In this document: piece after piece, positions 19,400 to 27,342 of the stretch
Layout: each line of letters starts with the position of its first letter
Numbering within the stretch: the first letter of the stretch is position 1
Source: Myxococcota bacterium
GTDB taxonomy: Bacteria > Myxococcota_A > UBA9160 > UBA4427
NCBI GenBank assembly: GCA_965250285.1
Contig: OZ252299.1
Span: forward strand, 1,536,001-1,600,000
Reading direction: 5' to 3'
Length of the DNA stretch: 64,000 bases
The notes under the pieces: model-generated
What the model was told of the DNA's origin: nothing
The model's database searches: none
The model's input: the letters and a program-made list of their open reading frames with translations, nothing else
Program-made: the position numbers and the translations under genes

Positions 19400-20323
19400 C
19401 GCGGCGAGGGTCTCGGGCGCGAGCGTTCGTCCCGAAGCCTTCACGTTCTCCTCGAGCTGCTGCGCGTTCGATGCACCGATGATGACGCTCGACAGACCGT
19501 CGTGTCGCAGGCACCACGCGAGGGCGAGCTGCGCGAGCGTGAGCCCCTCGGCCTCGGCGAGGGGGCGCAGGCGCTCGACGCGTCCGACGGCATCGTTCTC
19601 GAGATAGGCGTTCATCCAGAGGTTGCGCTTCGGGTCGGTCGCGCGGCTGCCCTCGGGTCGAGCGCCGTCGGCGTACTTGCCCGTGAGTGCGCCCTGGCCG
19701 AGCGGCGAGAAGACGAGCTGACCGAGCCCCTCGCGCCGACACACCGAGAGCACCTCCTGCTCGATTCCGCGCCGCATGATCGAGTAGTTCGGTTGGTTCG
19801 AGATCGGGCGATAGCCGCCGGTCGCGTCGGCGATGTGGCAGGCGCGGCTGATCTGCTCGGCGCGCCACTCGGACACGCCCCAGTACAGCACCTTGCCTTG
19901 CCGGATCAGATCCTCGTAGGCGCGGACCGTCTCTTCCATCGGCGTCTCGGGGTCGGCGCGGTGGCACTGGTGCAGGTCGACGTAGTCGGTGCCGAGGCGT
20001 CTCAGCGAGGCGTCGACGCTCTCGAAGATGTGCTTGCGCGAGAGGCCGCGATCGTTCGGCCGCTCGGAGACCGCGAAGAAGCACTTCGTGGCGACGACGA
20101 GATGCGCGCGGGGGAACGTGCGGAGCGCGCGGCCCAGCGCCTCTTCGGCCGCCCCCTGCGCGTAGACGTTCGCGGTATCGAAGAAGTCGATGCCGAGATC
20201 GAACGCGACCTCGATCAGTCGCTGGGTCTCGCCCGGATCGATCCGGCTGCCGAGGGTGAGCCATGAGCCGAGCCCGACCTCGCTCACCCGAAGCCCACTG
20301 TGGCCGACGCGTCTGGATTCCAT
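19358..20323 (-). CDS. Aldo/keto reductase (Kv-beta-like family)
   Basis: SGLRVSEVGLGSWLT, FDTANVY, GLSRKHI, YWGVSEW, SPLGQGALTGKY. Confidence 0.93.
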   Translation of the reverse strand: MESRRVGHSGLRVSEVGLGSWLTLGSRIDPGETQRLIEVAFDLGIDFFDTANVYAQGAAEEALGRALRTFPRAHLVVATKCFFAVSERPNDRGLSRKHIFESVDASLRRLGTDYVDLHQCHRADPETPMEETVRAYEDLIRQGKVLYWGVSEWRAEQISRACHIADATGGYRPISNQPNYSIMRRGIEQEVLSVCRREGLGQLVFSPLGQGALTGKYADGARPEGSRATDPKRNLWMNAYLENDAVGRVERLRPLAEAEGLTLAQLALAWCLRHDGLSSVIIGASNAQQLEENVKASGRTLAPETLAAIDEIFPGPEPHPV

Positions 20324-20414
20324 GCGGTCAGGGTACCGCGCCGAGGGGCCGTGCGCGGCGCGGTTTCGCGCGACCGTAGCCGCGCACCGGGTGGGCCCCT
20401 AGACTCGCCGCCCC

Positions 20415-20990
20415 ATGCTGAACCTCGCATCGACCACCGACGCGCGCTGGCTCGAGCGCGTGCGCGCGCACCTCGACGACGTGTTGCTCGACCATGCGCA
20501 CTGCGAAAAGAAGGCGGCCGGCGCCGCGATCAAGCTGCTCTTCGCGTACCCCCAGCACGGGTTCATGCAGGCGCCGCTCTCGGCGCTCGCGCGTGAAGAA
20601 CTCGAGCACTTCGACGCGGTCCAGGCGCTGCTCGCGAAGCGAGGTGTGCGGTACCGCAGCCAGTCGCCGAGTGAGTATGGAGCGCGCCTGCATGCGCACG
20701 TGCGCGGCGGCGAGCCCGAGCGCGCCCTCGACGTCTTGCTGGTGGGCGCGCTGATCGAAGCGCGCAGCTGCGAGCGCTTCCAGCTGCTCGCCGAAGGGCT
20801 CGAAGAGCCCGAGCTCGCCGGGTTCTACGCGACGTTGCTCGCGTCGGAGGCGCGACATCATGGGCTCTACGTCCGGCTCGCGCGCGAGCTCGTCGGCGAC
20901 GCCGAGGCAAACGCGCGACTCGCCGAGCTCGCGAAGATCGAAGCCGAGATCCTGTCTGAGCCGGGGCGTCGGCCCCGACTGCACAGCTGA
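20415..20990 (+). CDS. miaE: tRNA-(ms2io6A37) hydroxylase
   Basis: DHAHCEKKAA, REELEHF, LIEARSCERF, SEARH di-iron motifs. Confidence 0.93.
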   Translation: MLNLASTTDARWLERVRAHLDDVLLDHAHCEKKAAGAAIKLLFAYPQHGFMQAPLSALAREELEHFDAVQALLAKRGVRYRSQSPSEYGARLHAHVRGGEPERALDVLLVGALIEARSCERFQLLAEGLEEPELAGFYATLLASEARHHGLYVRLARELVGDAEANARLAELAKIEAEILSEPGRRPRLHS

Positions 20991-21002
20991 GGGAGCGCCC
21001 GG

Positions 21003-21857
21003 ATGAGCGATGCCGCCACGACCCGTCACCTCGTGCTCGATGGCCTCGAGGTCGACGTCGACGATCTGGGGCAGCCGCAGGGGCGGCCGCTCGTCTTGCT
21101 GCACGGCTTCACGGGGCACCGCGACGACTTCGAGCTCGAGCGCGACCGGCTCGCCACCTGGACGCGCGTCGTGGTCCCCGACCTGCGCGGTCACGGGGGG
21201 GCGACGCACTTCGGCGACGCGGCGGCGTATCGGTTCGAGCGATCTGTCGAGGATCTCGTGCAGGTGCTCGATGCCCTCGACGTGCCGCGCTGTCACCTGC
21301 TCGGTCATTCGATGGGCGGCATGATCGCCCTGCGCTTCACGCTCGCACACCCCGAGCGCGTCGCATCGCTGATCCTCATGGACACGTCGCCTCACACTCC
21401 CGGCGGCATGCAGCCGGCGGCGATGCAGAAGGCGGGAGAGATCGCGGTCGCCAAGGGCATGCAGCGACTCCAGGCGCTCATCGAGCAGCGAACCCGATCG
21501 GGTGAGTCGGGCGATCCGGCCGATGGCCATCTGCAGCGCTGGGCCGATCGCTACTGGCCGCACATGAAGAAGCGCTACGCGGCGATGGATCCGCACGCGT
21601 ACCTCGGCTTCGGCCAGGCGATGGCGCGGCAGACTTCGCTCGAAGAGCGACTCGCCGAGATCACCTGTCCCGTGCAGGTGATCGTCGGGGACGACGACGC
21701 CCCCTTTCTCGCCGCCGCCGATGCGTTCACGGCCCGGTTGCCCGACGTGCGCCGATCGACGATCCCGAATGCGGGCCATCATCCCCATCAGGAGAACCCG
21801 TCCGCGTGGTGGGGTGCCATGGAAGAACACTGGGAGCGGGTCAAGGATCTCGATTGA
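21003..21857 (+). CDS. Alpha/beta hydrolase
   Basis: LLHGFTG, DLRGHG, GHSMGG, AGHHPH. Confidence 0.88.
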   Translation: MSDAATTRHLVLDGLEVDVDDLGQPQGRPLVLLHGFTGHRDDFELERDRLATWTRVVVPDLRGHGGATHFGDAAAYRFERSVEDLVQVLDALDVPRCHLLGHSMGGMIALRFTLAHPERVASLILMDTSPHTPGGMQPAAMQKAGEIAVAKGMQRLQALIEQRTRSGESGDPADGHLQRWADRYWPHMKKRYAAMDPHAYLGFGQAMARQTSLEERLAEITCPVQVIVGDDDAPFLAAADAFTARLPDVRRSTIPNAGHHPHQENPSAWWGAMEEHWERVKDLD

Positions 21858-21939
21858 GCGTCGACCCCGCGCCGACATCACCTCGAATCAAGCGCCCCGG
21901 ACGTCCGACGGATCGGGGCAAAGAAAGGGAGCCAAGAAG

Positions 21940-22680
21940 ATGAGCGTCACCACCGAGAACGTCACGATCCCCGTCGGCTCCGGTCAGATGGGGGCGTATG
22001 TCGCCCGGCCCGAAGGCGACGAGACCCTGCCCGCCGTCGTGGTCTACATGGAGATCTTCGGCGTCAACGATCACATCCGGGACGTCACGCGCCGCGTGGC
22101 CGAGCTCGGCTACGTCGCCATCGCCCCCGACTACTTTCATCGCACGGGGTCCGGCATCGAGCTCGCCTACGACGATGACGGCATGGCCGAGGGCATGTCG
22201 CACCTCGGGCAGCTCGACGCCGAACAGATGAAGGCCGATGCCGAGGCGACGCTCGGCTACCTGCGCGGGCGCGACGATGTGAAGGGCGACGCGATCGGCG
22301 CGATGGGCTTCTGCATCGGCGGCCACATGACGTACCTGACGGCCGCGACGACCGACGTCAAGGCAGCCGCCTCGTTCTACGGCGGCGGCATCGCCGGACC
22401 AGCCGGGCCGGGCGGCGCGATGCCCACGGTCGACCGGACGCCCGACATCTCGGGCCGGATCGTGTGCCTGTTCGGCGGCCAGGACCAGATGATCCCGGGC
22501 GATCAGGTGGCGGCGATTCGCAGCGCGCTCGAAGGAGCAGGAACGTCGCACGAGGTCGTCGTGTACGACGCCGCCGATCACGGCTTCTTCTGCGATCAGC
22601 GCGCGACGTACAACGCCGACGCGGCCGCCGACGCCTGGACCCGCGTGCAGGGGCTCTTCGACGCTGCACTGCGGGGCTAG
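21940..22680 (+). CDS. Dienelactone hydrolase family protein
   Basis: EIFGVNDHIR, GFCIGG, ADHGFFCD. Confidence 0.92.
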   Translation: MSVTTENVTIPVGSGQMGAYVARPEGDETLPAVVVYMEIFGVNDHIRDVTRRVAELGYVAIAPDYFHRTGSGIELAYDDDGMAEGMSHLGQLDAEQMKADAEATLGYLRGRDDVKGDAIGAMGFCIGGHMTYLTAATTDVKAAASFYGGGIAGPAGPGGAMPTVDRTPDISGRIVCLFGGQDQMIPGDQVAAIRSALEGAGTSHEVVVYDAADHGFFCDQRATYNADAAADAWTRVQGLFDAALRG

Positions 22681-22734
22681 CGCCGCGTCCAGACGCTCGA
22701 TGACGCCGAGCTGCGCGGCTCGCGGCGCGCCGCG

Positions 22735-23862
22735 CTAGTCGAGCACTTGCTCGAGCGCGGTCGCGAGTCGCTCGACCCGATCGACGCGCGCGTTCTCGCC
22801 CATCAGGCCGATGCGCCAGATGCGACCCGCGAGCGCGCCGAGCCCGCCGCCGACCTCGATGCCGTGGTCGAGCAGCAGCGCGCGGCGCACGTCCGCCTCG
22901 CCGCGCTCAGTGACGGCTTCGGGCAGCTGCATCGAGGTCAGCATCGGCAGCCGGTGGGGCGCGTCGACCAGCGGCTCGAAGCCGAAGGGCAAGAGCGCCC
23001 CGACGAGGGCCTTGGCCGCCTCGGTGTGCCGGGCGAAGCGCGCCTCGACCCCCTCGTCGTCGATCACGCGCAGGCCCTCGGTGAGCCCGTAGATCGACGA
23101 GATGGGTGCGGTGTGGTGATACACGCGCTCGCCGCCGAAGTAGCCGCCGAGCAGACCGACGTCGAGGTACCAGCTCTGCACGGGCGTCTTCCGGGCCCGG
23201 ACCGCCTCGAGCGCGCGCTCCGAAAAGCTGACGGGCGACAGGCTCGGCGGCACCGACAGGCACTTCTGGGTGCCGCTGTACGCCGCGTCGATGCCCCAGC
23301 GATCGAGCTCGACGGGCAGGCCAGCCAGCGACGTCACGCAGTCGAGCACCACCAGGGCGCCCGCGTCGCGCGCCGCGGCGGCGATGCGGGCGGGATCCTG
23401 CCGCACGCCCGTCGACGTCTCGGCGTGCACGAACGCGACGACCTTCGGTCGCACGCGGTCGATCGCATCGGTCATCGCCGCTTCGTCGAGCGGATGGCCC
23501 CACTCGGCGTCGATCTTCGTGACCTCGGCGCCGGCGCGGTGGGCGACGTCGGCCATGCGCCCGCCGAAGACCCCGTTCACGCCGACCAGGAAGCGGTCGC
23601 CCGGCTCGAGCAGGTTGACGAGGCACGCCTCCATGCCTGCGCTGCCCGTCGCCGAGATCGGCAGAGTGAAGGCGTTCTGCGTGCCGTAGAGCGCGCGCAG
23701 GTGCGACTGGCACTCGTCGAGCAGCGCGAGGAAGGCCGGGTCGAGGTGGCCGAGCAGCGGCCGGCTCATCGCCGAGCGCACGCGCGCGTGGACGTTCGAT
23801 GGGCCCGGGCCGAGCAGCAGGCGCTCGGGCAGGTCGAGCGAGTCGTGGAGAGCGTCGGACAT
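22735..23862 (-). CDS. Alanine-glyoxylate / serine-pyruvate aminotransferase (class V)
   Basis: LLGPGPSNV, VHAETSTG, DCVTSL, YSGTQKCLS, WRIGLMG. Confidence 0.92.
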   Translation of the reverse strand: MSDALHDSLDLPERLLLGPGPSNVHARVRSAMSRPLLGHLDPAFLALLDECQSHLRALYGTQNAFTLPISATGSAGMEACLVNLLEPGDRFLVGVNGVFGGRMADVAHRAGAEVTKIDAEWGHPLDEAAMTDAIDRVRPKVVAFVHAETSTGVRQDPARIAAAARDAGALVVLDCVTSLAGLPVELDRWGIDAAYSGTQKCLSVPPSLSPVSFSERALEAVRARKTPVQSWYLDVGLLGGYFGGERVYHHTAPISSIYGLTEGLRVIDDEGVEARFARHTEAAKALVGALLPFGFEPLVDAPHRLPMLTSMQLPEAVTERGEADVRRALLLDHGIEVGGGLGALAGRIWRIGLMGENARVDRVERLATALEQVLD

Positions 23863-24004
23863 GGCGAGCAGCGTAGCGCTCCGCTGGCGCACCTGGTCTG
23901 ACCGCGTCGATCGGTTGACAGTGACGAGGGGGGTTCGTAGCGTGCCCCCACCCCCTTGGCCTACGCGCGCGCCACGGCGCGCGCTCAGGGACGAAGGTCC
24001 GGCC

Positions 24005-24289
24005 ATGGCGAAGGCCTCGAAGCGCAAGGCCCCCCGAAAGAAGACCGGCGCCGCCGCGGCGAAGGCGGGGCGTGCCAAGATCGCGCTGCTGATCGTCGGC
24101 GTCGTGCTGCTCTTCGGCTTCGCCTTCTACGGGCTGCTCTCACTGGACGCCTCCGCTCCCACGCCCACGCCCACGCCCAGACCCACGCCTTCCGGTCACG
24201 CCCACGGCGACGCGGCGCCCGACGCTCACATCGACGAGTCCTCGCGCGAAGCGCTGCTCGAGATCCTCCGAGAAGAGGCCCGCGAGTGA
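24005..24289 (+). CDS. Small single-TM hypothetical protein
   Basis: Basic N-terminus, one TM, PT-rich linker; stop overlaps the dgt start (GTGA). Confidence 0.6.
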   Translation: MAKASKRKAPRKKTGAAAAKAGRAKIALLIVGVVLLFGFAFYGLLSLDASAPTPTPTPRPTPSGHAHGDAAPDAHIDESSREALLEILREEARE

Positions 24290-25497
24290 GCCCGGTCGCG
24301 CGGTCGATCACGCGTCCTCGCAGCGAGATCGAGGCGGACGAAGCCGAGCGTCTCTCGCCGGCCGCGCTGCGAAGTCGCGCCACACTCGGCCGCCTGTACC
24401 CCGAACGCGAGCCGGCGTATCGAACCGTCTTTCAGCGCGACCGCGATCGGATCGTGCACTCGAAGGGGTTCCGGCGGCTCGAGTACAAGACCCAGGTGTT
24501 CGTGCACCACGAGGGCGATCACTTCCGCAATCGTCTGACCCACACCCTCGAGGGCGCGCAGATCGCCCGCACGATCGCGCGTGCGCTCCGCCTGAACGAA
24601 GATCTCGCCGAAGCCGTGGCGCTCGCGCACGACCTCGGCCACACGCCCTTCGGTCACGCGGGCGAACGCGTCCTCGCCCGCGCCATGAAGGACGACGGCG
24701 GGTTCGATCACAATCGCCAGAGCCTGCGGGTCGTCGATCTGCTCGAGCGCCGCACCCCCGATCATCCGGGGCTCAACCTGACGAGCGAGACGCGCGAGGG
24801 CATTCTCAAGCACGGCTGTCACTGGGCCCACCCGGTGGCGATCCCGAAGCTCGGTCGGCAGCGGCCGCTCGAGTCGCAGGTCGCCGACGTGTCGGACGAG
24901 ATCGCCTACATGAACCACGACCTCGACGACGCGTTGCGAGGCGGGCTGCTCGACTTCGAGCAGGTCGCCGAGTGGCCGCTCATCGGCGATTCGCTGCGCG
25001 CGGTCGAGACGGCGCGGGGCGGGCGCGAGGCCACGGGTGCGCTCACCCGCGACCTGCACCAGGCGCGCGCCGTCAGTCACACGATCGATCGGCTGGTGAC
25101 CGACGTCATCCACCATGCGGCCGAGACCCTCGAGGCCGAGGCGCCAGAGGGGCCCGACGACGCCCGATCGGCAGCGCGGGCCTGGATCACGTTCTCGCCG
25201 CCCGTGTTCGAGGAGAAGCGTCGCCTTAAGCGCCTGCTCTCCGAGCACGTCTACCACCATCCGCGGGTCGCGCAGATGACCGGTCTCGCCGAGCAGGTGG
25301 TCGACGACCTGTTTGGCCTGTATCGGCGCGAGCCCGAGCGGCTCCCCGAGCACGTTCAGGCCCGCTTCGGCGCCGAGGGAATGCCCCGGGCCGTCGCCGA
25401 CCACGTGGCCGGAATGACCGACCGATTCGCGATCGAGCGGCACCGCGCGCTCTTCGGCCCCGAGGCGGTGGGACCGCTCGGCGACCTGGTGCGCTGA
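24286..25497 (+). CDS. dgt: Deoxyguanosinetriphosphate triphosphohydrolase
   Basis: RTVFQRDRDRIVHS..FRRLEYKTQVF, RNRLTHTLE, AHDLGHTPFGHAGE, VAGMTDRFA. Confidence 0.93.
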   Translation: MSPVARSITRPRSEIEADEAERLSPAALRSRATLGRLYPEREPAYRTVFQRDRDRIVHSKGFRRLEYKTQVFVHHEGDHFRNRLTHTLEGAQIARTIARALRLNEDLAEAVALAHDLGHTPFGHAGERVLARAMKDDGGFDHNRQSLRVVDLLERRTPDHPGLNLTSETREGILKHGCHWAHPVAIPKLGRQRPLESQVADVSDEIAYMNHDLDDALRGGLLDFEQVAEWPLIGDSLRAVETARGGREATGALTRDLHQARAVSHTIDRLVTDVIHHAAETLEAEAPEGPDDARSAARAWITFSPPVFEEKRRLKRLLSEHVYHHPRVAQMTGLAEQVVDDLFGLYRREPERLPEHVQARFGAEGMPRAVADHVAGMTDRFAIERHRALFGPEAVGPLGDLVR

Positions 25498-25866
25498 GAC
25501 CGGCCTGGGTGCGGCCCGATCGATCACGACCCTCGGGACGAGGCGCGGCGTGTCCCCTATGCTTCCGGTCTTCGCCGGGAGGGCGATTGTCGAGTCGCAA
25601 CGGTGGCTTCGGGCGTCCAAGGCTCAGAGACCAACCACCGGGGCAGCGCGTCGGCGATCGACGGGGTGATCGCGGCCCGATCCGAGACGGGCGGCCCACG
25701 GCAGCGGGGCATCGGCGCGCGTCGCCGGGCTCCGCATGCCGCGTCGGGTGAAGACTGGGGGGAGGTGTCCGGCCGCACGGGCACCCTCGACAGACCGGGC
25801 GATCCGCCCATCAGTCGACCGAGTCGGGGCGCTTGCGCTCCGGCTGACCATGGAGTGTGTCGAATC

Positions 25867-27030
25867 ATGAGTCTCGCAGAGCGTCTCGAGGAGGCAGCCA
25901 CCGCGCTGCCCGACGAGGCGGATGCCATCCGGCCGGCGAACGGCGACCCGATGGCGCTGCTGCAAACGCTGGCGCCCGAGTCGGCCCCGCGCGTGCTGCG
26001 CTGGCTGCTCGAGCACGGTCCGGCCGAAGCCGAAGAGCTGCTCGACGACTGGCTCCACGAACCCGCCGGGCTCGCGGCCATCGAGGCGCTCGACGTCGCG
26101 GGTCTCGCCAAGCCTGGGCGCAAGGTGCTGCGCCGAACGCTGCACCGCGCCAAGTCGAGCGGTCTCGACGTCACCGATCCGGTCGCGAAGGGCGCCGAGC
26201 CGAAGGTCGGTCGTCTGCCCGATGTCGACGAACGGATCGACGAGGCCTACGTCGCGCGCTTCGACCCGCGCGGTGCGCGACTCGTGTATCTCGTCGAGTC
26301 GACCCCGAGCGGCGGCGCACGTGTGTTCGAAGCGCTGATCGATCTCGGTCGCGGGCTCGTCGACTTCCAGGTGTACAAGGCGGGCCGCAGCGCGGTGCGC
26401 TCGTTCGTGCGCGACGTGACCGGTCGCGCTCGCTATGGCGCGCGCGCCGCTGAGCCGGAGCAAGTGCGTGCCCTGATCGCGCGGCACGTTGCGGTGCATC
26501 CCGCCGATCGGCCGTTTCCGCGCAACTTCGACGACTGGCGCGGCAAGCTGCTCGCCGATGCCGAGAACCAGCCGACCCCGGGTGAGGCCGCGCGCAAGAC
26601 GCTGGCTTCGGCCTCCGAGGCCGCGGCCGACGTCGATGCGCTGCTCGCCGAAGTCGACGCGGGCGACCTGGGCCCCTGGCCGACGACCGACCGGGCGCTG
26701 CTCGAATCGACCGCCGCCGAGGTCCGCGCGGCCGTCGACGGTGTCGAGGACGACGCGTTGGCGGCGAAGCTCGACGAGGCCGTGACGGCTGCCGTCGCGG
26801 GCCTCTTCGATGAAGACGAAGTCGAACGCTGTGCCGAACGCCTCGACGAGATGGCCCATGTGTACACGCAGGAAGAGACGCCGGCCCTCGCCGCCGCCGC
26901 GATTCGCGTCGCGGACGAGCTGCGGGCGGCACCGAGTGAGCCGCACGCGTTCACCGAGCGGTCGACGCGTCGCTTGCTCGCCCCGCTGATCGAAGAGCTG
27001 CGTCGTGGGGGAGACACCGAAACGAGTTGA
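25867..27030 (+). CDS. Hypothetical protein
   Basis: 387-aa ORF with GC3-biased codon usage; no family recognised. Confidence 0.7.
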   Translation: MSLAERLEEAATALPDEADAIRPANGDPMALLQTLAPESAPRVLRWLLEHGPAEAEELLDDWLHEPAGLAAIEALDVAGLAKPGRKVLRRTLHRAKSSGLDVTDPVAKGAEPKVGRLPDVDERIDEAYVARFDPRGARLVYLVESTPSGGARVFEALIDLGRGLVDFQVYKAGRSAVRSFVRDVTGRARYGARAAEPEQVRALIARHVAVHPADRPFPRNFDDWRGKLLADAENQPTPGEAARKTLASASEAAADVDALLAEVDAGDLGPWPTTDRALLESTAAEVRAAVDGVEDDALAAKLDEAVTAAVAGLFDEDEVERCAERLDEMAHVYTQEETPALAAAAIRVADELRAAPSEPHAFTERSTRRLLAPLIEELRRGGDTETS

Positions 27031-27342
27031 ACGCGTACCGTGCCTGCGGCGGGGGTCGCGGGCTCGACGCGAGCAGAGAGCAACGAACCGAGAGGGCGGC
27101 CGCGCTGAGGGACGGCGCCGGCCGCCAGGAGACGACGACCAACCCACCCCCAGGTGGGACGACGAACGGGAGCCGGTCACACGAAGCCGCGATGCCGCGA
27201 GGCCGTGCGACCGACCCGAGCTGCGCGCGCGCCGCGTCCGGCAACCCCGGCCCGCGGCCGACGAGCGCAGCCAACCACGTCGAGCCAGGGGGAACGCACG
27301 CGTGCCGACGGGCCGCGGGCGCTGACGAAGAGAGAGAACGAC

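Noticed and set aside
27051..27342. tmRNA (5' end gggggtcgcgggctcgac loosely resembles it)
   Set aside because: No T-arm/CCA 3' end and no recognisable tag reading frame.
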